A stretch of DNA of 60,000 nt from Botryllus schlosseri. Lineage: Eukaryota. The DNA lies in NCBI GenBank assembly GCA_051294905.1, contig CM119378.1, forward strand, positions 1,614,001 through 1,674,000. The letters run 5' to 3'. Shown piece after piece: positions 24,666-37,049 of the stretch (within the stretch, counting starts at the first letter, position 1; every line of letters starts with the position of its first letter). Below the pieces are notes generated by a model. It was not told where the DNA came from. It searched no databases and saw only the letters and a list, made by a program, of their open reading frames with translations. Both the position numbers and the translations under genes were made by a program.

Positions 24666-27600
24666 TGGTTTATTAGCAATTTTATCAGTTCAATACACCA
24701 CAAAAATGCGATACAATGAAAAGACAGGAAGATGTCGAAGCGACTTGGAGTAGTCAATGGAATCAGACACCCACCCCGGCCTAGGCGATGTGAAGAGGAG
24801 GCATGCACACTGAATGAAAAGTAAAGAGGATAGTAAAGAAAAAAGTTCTCATTTTGTTGTTGTTTGTGGTATTTATGGTGTTTGTCGACTAGTATGGTCA
24901 TGTACACCAGGCCGATGTTACTTATTTTTTATTTCGTATCTGACGACTAAGAGCACGGCCACTTCTAGGCTTTTTGTAAGACACCGCTTACGCAGATGAG
25001 GTGGCGACGAGGAGCCTAGATATGCTATCCTTCGATTTCTAATGCAATCTCTGGTTATCCTGAGACTGCTACAGGAGAACTGTATAGTACGAAAGGTGCA
25101 AAGCTTGGTGTACATAAATTTCCCATTCTAATTCTCATACGATACAAACGCGACTTAGTTTTTGTTGTATCTCTTTCTAATTCTAATTTTAATTCAATTT
25201 CAGTCATTCCAATTGTAATCTGTTCTAAAAAAAGTAGAAAAAATTCGAGTTGTCCAATCCTGCTCTGCGAACCACATTCCGAGATACGTACCGCCTGGAA
25301 TTGCAGGAGTTCCGACGCCGCAAGGCAGAAAGCGGTACGCGATCTCGAAACTTAATTTCCTTGACTTCCAATCTTTTATGACGTTCGATGAAAGCTCGAT
25401 TTTGGCGTCTTCCCCTTCAACTTCCAAAGTAAGCAGCTCCTGGCCGCTACAGCCCGGCATCATTGTTCTCATGGCGATGATCGCGTCGTCTCTCGAGCAA
25501 GTGTTGTTTCGACGGATGTAGAGAAAGCAAGATGGGGTCTTGACCTTACGGTACACGGGTGGATTGCCTGCGATAGAGAAGGAATTGCCACATAAAGTAA
25601 TGTTACCCTATGCTAGGGTTACCATATTTTGGAATTATGAAGAGGACACTTTTTCAAAATTTTCAAACTAGCAAAACCGAATGAAAATCTTGAAAAAAAA
25701 AGGTCAACTTTCCGGCCCAGCTCCCAAAATAGCCGCCGGGGCGTTACTACAGTGCTGACTTATTGTGTCTCGGCAGAATTTGGCCGTATATCTCACCAAA
25801 ATTCTCAAGAAAGAGGACAATATCTCAAAAAAGAGGACGTTTGAGCGTACTCTGAGGACACTTTCCAAAAAGAGGACAAATCCTCTTGGAAGAGGACGTA
25901 TGGAAACCCTACCCTATACCCACTGCATGACCGGTGACAGATCTGGTAAATAAACCGTGGCTGTACTCAGAAGCGATTGACATGCTTACCAGGTCGGTAA
26001 CTTTACACAAATCGCAATTTTCTCGTGACTCGACTTGTCATTTTCTTAATTAGCGAAAATGAACCCACTCAACTTGAGGTAATGTGCGTATTGACTCGAC
26101 TTCTACTCCGAGTTATTGCGCATGATTCAACCATCAAGCCATATGACTCGATATTCGGGCGGCCAAACAGGCATCTCAATTTAAGTTCGAAGAATAGAAG
26201 TAAGTTTTCCACAGTATTGATATTTCGTCTATCAATACTGGTATTTGGGAAATAGGGACAGAAACTATTGAAAGAGAGGAAAATTACTAATTATGAATGC
26301 GAGGCATTCAATATCACAGAAATGGAGTTGTGAAAAGTGGGTTGAACTGGATCTCAACTCAAAACCGAACAGTGAACATAATGACTCGAATTCGAGTCTC
26401 AACATTGTGACTCGGTAACGAACTGTTACACCACGACTTGGACTCGAACTTGACTTGGTGGTGAACTGAAAATGACTCGATTTGACTCGGGTCGAAACTA
26501 TAAAAGTAAGATTGACTTGTGACTCGCGAGCTTGTGATTTGGTTACAACCCTGGACTAGAGTCGCAATTGCGCATGACTCAAGTCATAAGATTACCAACC
26601 GGGTCACGACGCACCACTGGGTCGCGAAGGTATTTCAGGTGGGTCGTAAACAATTTTCTAAAATTGTCAATTTGCCAACACGTTATCTTCTCACGATTAG
26701 TCGGCTAAATACCCGTTCTCCTCATCTAAATTATTTTTGCGCCCATAAGTGCTATAATCCACGATCCCGTGATCGTAATAGTTAATGAACGAGCTTCTCG
26801 CGACAGTCAATTTGATTGATGCGCGAAGTTGGACGGTGTGATTTTGTGTATGCCTTAAAATAAGCCTACATTCCTTTCTCCAAAGGTTTTGAGATCGTTG
26901 CTTAGAAAATGCAATCGTGCTCGATTATAATCAGCAAACAATTTCCGCGACACAAGCTATACTCGCGCCCCTTTGTGTTCGACGTAAAAGACGAATGATT
27001 GCTTAAATGCGCACTTTCTCGTTTGCAATCATTTATCATGTATAATCTTGACGACTTTTTACATTCGTTTTCTTAAATTGTCGTGCAAGTTCCCTTGTAG
27101 GCGTCTAGTGGACTTGTGAGACGTGCGTCGAATGACGATCTCATTATTTCGGTTTTATTTCATATAGCGGGTTGCAGAATGAAACTTTCATTTCGGGCGG
27201 GTTGCGAACTGACAAGATTGGGAAGCACTGTTCTACATGACTTGATTCAAGTCTCGTGTATCAGGACCGATGCTTCAAAGACGGGACGGACACTGCCTTT
27301 GCCTTGGTGTCGACTTTAATCTAAATTACGCCAACCAAGTCTGCGCCAACCGAAGGAGTTCGTGTACCATCTGAAAATAGTACATTAAGCCCTCTCTTCG
27401 CACTGATTATTCGAACTATCACGCCGGTGAAGACTCTGTGATAGCAAGGTAACAAGTTCCGAAAATACTGCCACGGCCAACGCACGGCATCGGTATTCCC
27501 AATCTCCTAAGCAATTTGTCATGGGAGGATATACATAATATTCGCTAGAAATGTTGAAATGAATAGGCATAAACTCACCCGAAAACCAGAAAGTGGTGTC

Positions 27601-30440
27601 CAAATTGCCTCCAAAATCAATCTTATTTATCTTCACCCCAACGATGTAGTCTTCTTCCAAAGAATTATTCAAATACCAGCAAGATTTCAGGCCAACGCCG
27701 TCTTTCAGCGTCTCCTTCGGGTATAAAGGTTCCGATACGGTTCCGTGTGAAGAGTCGAAGTACTGCGATCGTTGACATGAGCTGGCAACGGTCATCCGAG
27801 TAAACTCTATAATTACAGACCATAAATGATCGGAGATGGTCAGTAACCAAGTACTTTTATGGTTTTCGGAATAATCAAGTCGGATTCGTTTCTACTGTTT
27901 CAAGTGGCTATGCTTTCAAGCAAAACTTGATAAATTTTAGACATTGGACTAGTTGTAAGTAGTTTTAGGACAGGGGCGGGCTACATGCGGCCCACGGGCC
28001 GGATCCGGCCCGCGATGGGACTTTTTGCGGCCCGCGGAGAGTTTCCGCCCTGAAAGTGAAATTCTAATCTGAAAGTATTGACAAATTTTATGCGTCACAG
28101 AATGAATCCAAGTTGACCAACACGAGAGTGATGGTCATGAAGCTACCTATGTTCTGTTCGGGTCAAGGCTGCGTTCCAATATAATTGATGTTCACGTGCA
28201 GTCTTTAAAGGGTTTCTAGTTCAACATGCAGCCAAATCTAATAATAGTCAGATTATATTTTTGATCTGAACAAGACACATACAATGTACACTGCGATAAG
28301 AGAGAGAGGGAGAAAGGTGGGGGGCATTCGGTTTCGCCTGCACCATGCTTCTGACGACGGAGATGCGATACGACCGTAAGGTCACCTGGTCAGCACCCCC
28401 GTTTTTTCCTCCTCCGTGCTATCCGCGGATGCCGAGCGCCTAGCATGATAGCGGCGGATACCAGTTTTTCGAGTCTTTGGTCTGACCCGGCCGGGGATCG
28501 AACCTACGACCTATCGATCAAGTAGCCGGACGCATCACCATTACACCACCTTGCTCGGTAAGACACAATACTATGTAATGAACAGATAGGAGGATGCCGA
28601 ACGACCAGTTAGTGTTGCGGCTGCGGTCTCTTAAACCTCGACCTAGTGCCCGATGTCACAGTTCTTTTTTCGATGTGTTGTCTCTATTTCGCGGCTCTTT
28701 CTAGCTCTTTCCATTCCATGTAAGTGCGCTCTTTCATCGGGTCTTTTTCTAGGCTTTTTTGTCGCCGTAAGAACAGCTCAGAAAAAAACTTCCAGCGCGG
28801 AATCGAGCCCCGGCCGCCAGGCGGCAGGCGCTTATCGTCATCACAACGCTATCCGAGTTCAAAGAACTTGTTGACAATTTTGACTTCAACTCGTTTAACA
28901 GCAGCTATTGAATTGCATTAGGCTATTATATCCATTAAATACTGTTTTTGGGCTCTTCGCTTAAACTAAAAGTTTGCATTAAATACGATTTATTCCTTGT
29001 ATAGGAGGATAAATACCCGATTAATGTATCAATTCCGTAATCCGGCCCGCCGAGTACTTTATTTTCCCATATCAGGCCCGCCGACCTGAGAAGTTGTCCG
29101 CCCCTGTTTCAGGATATGTTTCTATCAGTGAAATTGTTGTCATGGGTGAATTTTTTTCATAACGACTGGGTGAAATATCCACTGTAACTGCATTTAAAAC
29201 AAACGGTGTTTTAAAACACTTTGTGTTTTTAACAGTGTTTAAACAAAAATGTTATTTTTCAGAAATCAAAATGTCTTTCTTCAAAAGTTATATAATTACG
29301 CCATGTAGTATGAGTATACGGGCGATTTGAACCAGATTTAGTCGACGTATACGATGTGGAATGATTGGAACCCTCGAAATCGTCGTCGGTTCAACACTCA
29401 ACAGTTATACCACGTAGATACAGATCATTGCTACGGAATGGGTGTTATGATGATGATGACCGCAGACCGTAAGAATGCTGCATAACGATGCATTCCTAGT
29501 TGAAAATACTTCTGGTTCGTTCACGACAGGAGCCATATTTACCCTATATTTTCCCCAATGACGTCAAAACCAAAGACGTCATGGCTAAAAAACAGCAATA
29601 AAAACATGTTTTAAAAAGGATCATGTTTTCAACATGTTCATTTTAACTTGAAGTTTCTTTTAAATGCAGCCCTACCTGTAACTGAATATATTTTAAAAAG
29701 TAGCATCGATTGTATGGTCGTTAGAGTCATTTTGACTTGATGAGTTGATGGCAATTCCTAAAGCAGACAACTCCGGTTAACTGCAGAAAGCATGTTACGT
29801 CCCAACCAAATCTGCTCTTTTTAAACCTTTACTTTCTACTTCCACTTCAACTTCACTTTCACTTGAACTTCCAGTTCACAATCAATCCAATTTGATACCC
29901 GAATGAACAAGTTGACCGGAAAGCGCATATTTCAGGCGTAATGGAATCGCTATATCATTCCCTTTCTTAAAATTATGGTATATAGGACGGCCGACGCCGC
30001 GAGTAAAACAGATAATTCTTGATATCCAATATTCATCCTATTGCTAATATTCCACAGTATGGAAAGAAGCCTTTCGACTGACTGCCAGTCGGAGCGTTTA
30101 ACACGGAAATGGAAATAAATGTGATGATGACATATAGCCATTACTCACTAAACATGGTAACAAAAGTTGGATTACCAAACTAGAAAAGTGCCGATTTTTG
30201 GAACTTTCACGGGAAATTATGACGCGTTGACTAAAAAAGGTAATCTTTCCAATCCTAGCCCGAAAGACCCGCCTGAACATCCTCATTGCAGATGAGATAG
30301 AACATATGGTAACCCCAATCCATGATAGAGGATATGCGGGATCTTACTGTCAAGAAGGTAACCGCTAACCATTTTAATTTACACTCACCAGTGAGCAACG
30401 TTATCAACAGCAACATCGTCGCCGCTCCTAAGGTCTCCAT
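21028..30440 (-). CDS. Uncharacterised type I membrane protein, 319 aa: signal peptide, divergent CUB-like domain, TM helix, ~85 aa cytoplasmic tail
   Basis: Exons 30389-30440, 27579-27806, 25292-25567, 21694-21847, 21028-21277; all GT-AG, intron phases 1,1,1,2; 960 nt from ATG to TAG. Confidence 0.8.
21694..21847 (-). CDS. Membrane protein exon 4 (transmembrane)
   Basis: atttcag; LLPVVIALAVLLVIALIALIVVT followed by RR; donor GTGAGT. Confidence 0.85.
21943..22497. mobile_element. hAT MITE, CAGGGTTGTAA family
   Basis: Same TIRs and GACTCGAGTC arrays as 15820-17870; TSD degenerate. Confidence 0.85.
23429..23749. mobile_element. MITE with TCTAAT/ATTAGA arrays (related pieces near 25010-25260, 34290-34620, 37895-38520, 40200-40487, 49060-49235)
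   Basis: TIRs CAGACTTGGACAA/TTGTCCAAGTCTG; flanks CCTCTACC/CCTATACC. Confidence 0.8.
23763..24600. mobile_element. Tc1/mariner (Tc2/pogo-like) non-autonomous element
   Basis: CCGTAATTTTCC..GGAAAATTACGG TIRs next to TA; repeated GGTGCGTATTATAC subterminal motif. Confidence 0.78.
24634..24846 (-). mobile_element. 3' end of a non-LTR retroelement with a (TGA)n tail; second copy at 35893-36088
   Basis: Two highly similar ~190-bp copies; minus strand ends AATAAACCAA(TGA)n. Confidence 0.7.
25292..25567 (-). CDS. Membrane protein exon 3 (CUB-like C-half)
   Basis: ctatcgcag acceptor; ..KLSFEIAYRFLPC..; donor GTACGT. Confidence 0.78.
25614..25911. mobile_element. hAT MITE, TAGGGTTACCATA family (also ~2876-3230, ~40500-41110)
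   Basis: TIRs TAGGGTTACCATA/TATGGAAACCCTA; AGAGGAC subterminal repeats; flanks CCCTATGC/CCCTATAC. Confidence 0.82.
25990..26553. mobile_element. Degenerate CAGGGTTGTAA-family MITE
   Basis: Right TIR TTACAACCCTG; body similar to 21943-22497. Confidence 0.7.
27579..27806 (-). CDS. Membrane protein exon 2 (CUB-like N-half)
   Basis: CQRSQYFDSSHGTVSEPLYPK..SCWYLNN..IVGVKINKIDFG resembles CUB C..GxIxSPxYP..CxW; donor GTGAGT. Confidence 0.8.
27971..29106. mobile_element. hAT MITE (CAGGGGCGG family) containing a SINE
   Basis: TIRs CAGGGGCGG/CCGCCCCTG; GGCCCG repeats; flanks TTTTAGGA/TTTCAGGA. Confidence 0.82.
28290..28559 (-). mobile_element. tRNA-derived SINE with a Meta-like central domain
   Basis: A box TGGTGTAATGG, B box GGTTCGATCC, then GTCAGACCAAAGAC..AAAACTGGTATCC..GCTAGGCGCTCGGCAT; approximate TSD AAGACACA(A)TAC(A/T)ATGTA. 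Confidence 0.78.
30389..30440 (-). CDS. Membrane protein exon 1 (signal peptide)
   Basis: METLGAATMLLLITLLT then G|GTGAGT. Confidence 0.75.
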
Positions 30441-31944
30441 TGAAATACTCTGAAGTCTTTCTTAATTATTTTATCGTACAGCTGACGAAAAATTGAATCA
30501 AACACACTTAGCAAAGTAATTGCCGTTCATTCTCAAACGCTAGAAGCGATGACGCATAAATTATGCATCGTATAAATTTGTTCCCTATTTTTACGCAATC
30601 TCGATGATGAACGGGTCATAGTTTTTGCTACCGGTACTGACACTGACAGCATGTGAAAATAGTGGCTTTAGCTCTGGCTGTTGACATCGATTATGCGTAA
30701 TGCGAATGATAGTGGAATCAAAGAATGGAAAAAGCATTATGTCGTTATATTCATATGTAATATATATTGTCATGTATAGGCCTACCATGGAATTCAATCC
30801 CAAACTGACGTTTAAATACCGTGTATAGGCGGCCTACGTGGAGTTGAATCTATACAGCCAGTTATCGATCAGAAAGTAATCTCTTCCACAGCGTGACCAG
30901 AGTATTTACATGTTACGATATTGATTGCACCACATTCTTTATCCGTGCTGCTGTCTCGCAGGAGTATTTCCGGCTTGAAATCGCATATTAGTTCCACGAC
31001 ATAACACTTATACAATTGAATAATATATTCATATTGAGATATACCCGGATGTGGTAGACTACTAGTTGTTGACGATTGCCCCTGACTATAGTGTCAGTCG
31101 AAAATATGCGCGTCTATAAAATATGAATACACTAATAAATTGTATGCTGGTGCTCTGTACCCTGTTCCTGAACCTGTCTCAACATAATAAATTAAACGTA
31201 AATAAATTCACACTACATTCTCGCCGTATATGCTGAACGTTTACCTAGCAGAAGAAAAAAAACAGATCAACCGAAATCCAATGAAGTTTTATGGCATCGC
31301 CTAGGAAAACTATACCTTTCGTAGTAAGTTGAAATCTACAATACCGTACGCTTGGTATATCTCTCCATGCCTAACCGCCTGCTGAACTTAACAATAATTG
31401 CGGTTAACTAGATGGATCGAATGAAAATCCGCGCCTGCACGTACAATGCTCTGATCAATGTCCAATCCTGAAGCAATCACAGCTTGCGATATCGCGTACT
31501 ATTCACCTGGATCCGAGCCACAGGCAGGCTTTCTCCATGCTTATGCGAGCTTGGATCGATCGATTGCGTCTCCGTTGGGAATTGTTAAAGCACGCTTGGC
31601 TATTGATCAACATATCACTCGTGACAGCCTTCAATTAATTAAGTGCAGCGGTCACATAGACCGAAAACAGTCGATAGACTGTCATGCGCTAGTTCATTGA
31701 TTAGCATTAAGAATCAGGTGGTAAATGGGAAGCATCTCGTTGTGAATAACGGCCGAGTTTGACTAACCGGCGCTACCGAAACTGAAGAAAATTATAACAG
31801 AGAATCTGAAGCTAGCGAATCCATACTGTATTCAAACTTAGCAACTGAGATTGCAGAGAAATTGTCAATTGAATTATATTGACAAGCAATTTGCTCCAAC
31901 TCAAATCCCCGCAGTTTTTTGTAGTTGATGGCACTCGTACAGAC

Positions 31945-33128
31945 CAGTGACGTGCGGTGAGGTACATGGCTGGTTAGGCACGCCCCCCCAACCACACACA
32001 CACACACACACATACACACACAAACACGTACGCGTGTAAAGTACCTGATAAAGTGACCTAAAATGTGAATAACAACAGCAGCGGGTATACAGAGCATTTT
32101 CTTTGCACACTGAAAGCCGTTGCAATTCCACATTCTACAATAGGATAGGCTACATGTAGGACTAGTCGCTGTTGTGCTAAATGGGCAAGTTTAGACCATT
32201 GGACGGATAATAATTACTATCTCTTCAAGTACCGGTATATATAAATAGCATCCTCATTTACAAATACTTTTTCAGTAAAAAAACGCTAGATTTCCCGGCT
32301 GTCGAAAGAAAATGCACTACTTGACGCCAGGTCAAGTCAAAATACTCTCGATCGAGTGTAAAAACCACTAGGAGTGGCACCACTGACCACAAACAACAAC
32401 AACGCAACGGGTTAATATAGGTATTGCAGTCGATCATAGTGCACAAAGGCCACAAACAACGACAATGCAGCCTATGCAAGTAGCTATCACATACCACAAT
32501 TTAACGTAGCTATGGATGGAAAATACATAACAGCAACATAAGTAAGGGAATGTATCTGCTCCGCATTACGTATTGGCCGTCGCTAGTCGCTACTATATAA
32601 TTCCTACAAGACTGTTGGATTCCGAAATCGATAGCGCGTTTCACTGTACTGCGATTGTCCAATTGTTAGCGAATAGTTCATAGACAGATTCGTTTGTGCC
32701 TCACCTGGCTATTGTTTCTCTGCGATGGCATTGTCTGTCATAAAACTGAATGTCACCTTCTTTGGCGATTTTAGGGGGGTTCTGGGGCGCTGACATTGTT
32801 AATATTTGGATTTGCGGAATCAGTGTGACGATAGCATTGGATTGATACCAGTTATTATGAATTCCGAGCTATTTATGATGAATTGCATTGTTACAAGTGA
32901 GGCACGACCCGCCCGTGCCTCACCTGTCATTTCACGCTGTATTTGTGAATATTAATTATACAAATTGATGATGTTGGGTGAAAAAATGTTCGAATTTAGT
33001 TATTTATGAACATGGATGTAAAATATCAATAATCATCGACTCATCGAGGGGTTTCAGAATTTTCACTTACTCGCCCAGACGACAGGTGAGGCACTGCCTC
33101 ACCTGCCTCATTGGACCGCACGTCACTG
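31945..33128. mobile_element. hAT-type non-autonomous element with an internal (CA)n
   Basis: TIRs CAGTGACGTGCGGT/ACCGCACGTCACTG; perfect TSD GTACAGAC; GTGCCTCACC subterminal repeats. Confidence 0.9.
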
Positions 33129-35892
33129 GTACAGACACTGAGTTATGTCATTGTGAAATTCCACGGCTAACCATAAAGAGGGAGCATTGATCGACATGAT
33201 TGTCATTATTTTGACTCTGTGACGTCGACCGCAGCTTAATATAACAATATATTCACCATCGACCATCGTGTGACTGCCAGCACGGAACAATTCATATGAT
33301 CCAAATTTTATAAAGCATATCACCGCAATACTTCCATTGTATACAGTCGACTCCTCTTAGTTTGTACACCGGATAACACGGACAACTGCTTTATCCGATG
33401 AAAATTCTTGGGAACAGAGCAGAAGTAAAAATTGCACGTAAAAAACTACGGTTAAATCGGATAATTCTCTTATTTCGGACACGGGGTCGCAATTTTTATC
33501 GTTAGAGGTTTTGACACGATAAGCAGTACTTCGTTCGTTTTAATACAAGGTGAGTGATTATAGTGAAACAAAGTCGATCCGCCCATCGACAATGAACTCT
33601 ATATGTGTGTTTTACATAATAATATAATAAATAGTATGGAGTAATTCTTGAATCGTTTTGCATCAAAATACAGTACTGTAGGCACATTACAACAAGCCTA
33701 AAGGTGTAAATCCTGTGCGTTTCGTGCGATCAGTGCCAATTACTGCAGTATAGATCAGTTACAATTCATGAAATACGCAACATAACTGTAATTTCAATGT
33801 GTCGTCTGCCTTCACGCATGACCGTGTGTCGAAGAATTGATTTTCTGCTTAATTCGGACAGAAATGAGCGGAACCAAACTGTCCTAATTATCGTCGACTG
33901 TATTAACAAGCAATTTTCCCAAAATTTAACCAACACTATTCCAATCGCGTCAGTTCTTTTTTTTAATAGTTGATGGCACTCGGTACGCACACACACCATG
34001 ATGAAATTTAACGGCTATTCTACGAAGAGGAAGCATTGATCGATACGATTGGCTTTATTATGAGGTCGACCGCAATATAAAACAACAATATCCGCGCCAT
34101 CGTCGGTCTGCAAAATCCGAACAGTTCATAGTATCAAAAATATATCACTGCATTACTTACAGTACAGTACATTGCATACAAGTGTATAATATATATATAA
34201 ACATAAACACATTTGAAGTTGAGCATCACACACAATAACTTATCTGTTTCCGAAATGTTTTCCAGTTCATGTCCAATGTCCATACCAGAATTGTGCAACT
34301 AGATAATTAGAGCGAAATTCCGGTAATCAAATTATAATTTAATTTGTCAAATGCTTCTATTCTTTAATTTTAATCATAATATAATATCTGTTTTTCCAGA
34401 AGAGGCTACACGAGAACAGTATAGCTCGAAACAAGTCAATCTCGGTGAACAGACATTTGTCTCTCTGATTTGATATCAACTGAACTTGATACAACTTTTA
34501 CGTTTTCGCGACTTCAGTAATTCTGATTTTAATCTAATTTGGGGCAACCCGTGTAGCTTTAATTCTAGTTCTAATCTAATCTAGAGAAGATGGAAATATT
34601 CTAGTTGTTCAAACCGCAGTAAGCTCTCCGTCTAAATATCTCTTTATCACTTCGAAATCGTATTTCACAATGTTCGACCTATTTGCACGATGTTTGGATG
34701 AAGTCTACACCATTGCAGTGCGTCACAAACGCGACGCCTCTAACGTGTGGGATGCCCGGCTTGAGTATTTGATCTAATACTGCAGGAATACTTGTACTTT
34801 CTGAAGTGAATAGGATATGCTGTAACACTTGCTGTTTGATTGAATAATATATTCATATCGGAATGAACCCAATATTTTCAGCTGACACTCGTAAGGTTAA
34901 TCAGTCAGAAATTAGAAGAGAATTGGAAGTAACATCTAACAGTTGCTGCCGATTACCTCTGGCGAGCGTCAATTGAAAATATTCAGGGTTATTTCAATAT
35001 GAATATAGCATTCAATTGTATATTGAACTTCTGTACTTCCAAGAAGCACTAGTTGTTTAACAGACTCGTCGAACCCTTGCAATTTTATCTTCCAGCTACG
35101 CTAATATTCCTAACACTCTTTTAAATCGGAAATAAATGTACGCATTGTACGGACCATAACAAATATCTCACCAAACACCATTATGAAACTTTGATTAAGC
35201 GCCAGTTACCACAACACACCAGGATTGCGTACAATGCGCTTACTCAACTGCAGCTATCACGTGTTTCTCATCAATACGCATCATGACTCACCATTCAGCG
35301 TTAGGCATATTGTTATATTTACTACGGGGATGGGCCTGGCAATAAGTGTCGTGTAATGAAATTGGTTCTGGACCGGATGTGACGTTTGTAAGAAGCAATG
35401 TAACAGTGCAGTATCGTGTTGCTTTAAACTATATGCTGACTTATTTTAAAAGTAAAATGAAATTTTGGGATATGAATATGCCACAATTAGAAGCGAGACA
35501 TCTTGAGAACCGCGTGAAATAGCCATCACACCCACTGCTAAATATATTTTCGAATATTGTGCCATATTTGTAGCGTCGTCCGTTTTTTTGTGTTATTTAG
35601 CGCAATTTCGAAATTAGTCACCACTCACCACAGATAAACTGCAAAAAATATCCGAACCCACGAACGAATCCACTTTCTGAAACTACTTACTTGAGTGATT
35701 TTCAGACCTGTCATTTTCTATACGCCCACTTGATGTAGTTTTGACACGTCTTGGAAATATCTACTGCTTCTTGTAATTCAGTAGAAATTCGCGGCATCAT
35801 TTCTATTCGTCTTGATTACTGACTTCTTTGACCATATCTATGCCCGCGTGCGTATATGAAATATATTGGGCTGCTAAAAGTCCTTCAATATT

Positions 35893-36088
35893 TCATCATC
35901 ATCATCATTGGTTTATTAGCAATTTTATCAGTTCAATACACCACAAAAAAATGCGATACAATGAAAAGACAGGAAGATGTCGAAGCGACAAGGAGTAGTC
36001 TATGGAATCTGACACCCACCTTGGCCTAGGCGATGTAAAGAGGAGGCATGCACACTGAATGAAAGTAAAGAAGATAGTATAGAAAAAG
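35893..36088 (-). mobile_element. Second copy of the (TGA)n-tailed retroelement end
   Basis: Colinear with 24634-24846. Confidence 0.7.
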
Positions 36089-36206
36089 AATGCGACAAGA
36101 AATAGGGCGGTCCAAATGGTATTTACCTTTTCGGAGAGAGATGACAGTACTCAATGAAACGGATAACGAATCGTGACTACCAACTTAGGAAAATGTCGGG
36201 TGCAGT

Positions 36207-36542
36207 CAGGATTGTATTAAGTCACAAGTCAATCCTACGTCCATGGTTTGACTCGAGTCATAGTGATCACAGTTCATTATCGAGTTCAAGTCGGTTCAAC
36301 TCACTTTTTTTAAACTCTCGGGTGATATCGACGTCCTAGCCTTCATAATATGCTCATTTTTCACTCATAACATGTCTATTCAAACCGGTGAAATACAGTT
36401 TTGAGACATATTATTTGGTCGAGTCATGCGGGATGACTCGGGTACGAGCCAAAGGAAAAACGGAAAATGACTTCGAGTCAACTAAACATTGCGACTCCAA
36501 TCCGACTCGAGTCGAGTCACCACTCGAGCCATTTCAACCCTG
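36207..36542. mobile_element. Short CAGGGTTGTAA-family MITE
   Basis: Degenerate TIRs; perfect TSD GGTGCAGT. Confidence 0.8.
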
Positions 36543-37012
36543 GGTGCAGTCACGTAAAAACTTCTCTCCAACTGATGACACGCGTCCTATTAAACCGACA
36601 ATCTAATACTCAATCGTTTATTGTAGTGTTAAAATTCGCTCGTCAGATCCCATATATACTGATATCCCAACCCGGCACACGGTCGCAGATCGTTTCATTC
36701 CCGCAACAACGATAAACCACCATTGCTTCTCACGCGTCATTTATTCAATAACGACTGATTTCATCCGAGAATATGAAATCTAATACAATATAATTCGATT
36801 TTTCATATCTCCTCAGCGCATATTTTCAATGCCGGAAAGTTCTAAAGCGCGACGCGACAGTTGCATTCTCGCTGTTAGCTTATCGCGATACAAAGCTAAA
36901 TTTTCGCTGCGTCATTTTAAAAATAGGAATGTAAATGAAGTTGTATGGACGGAAGGGGTGGTGAAGTCCTGTCCACGATGTCGCATAAATTGTGTGATAA
37001 TTTTCCTTCGCC

Positions 37013-37049
37013 TTAGAATAATTTGGACCACAATCCTTCCTTGCTTGAG
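37013..37049 (-). CDS. TSR gene probable last coding exon
   Basis: ttcatttcag acceptor; completes a TG|C Cys codon, then SSKEGLWSKLF and TAA; polyA signal ~270 bp downstream. Confidence 0.65.

Noticed and set aside
28480..28559. tRNA gene on the minus strand
   Set aside because: A and B boxes are present, but there is no convincing acceptor stem or immediate T-terminator and it continues into a SINE body with a TSD
37013..37030. Peroxisomal SKL signal at the TSR C-terminus
   Set aside because: The sequence ends SKLF, so SKL is not terminal, and the protein looks extracellular
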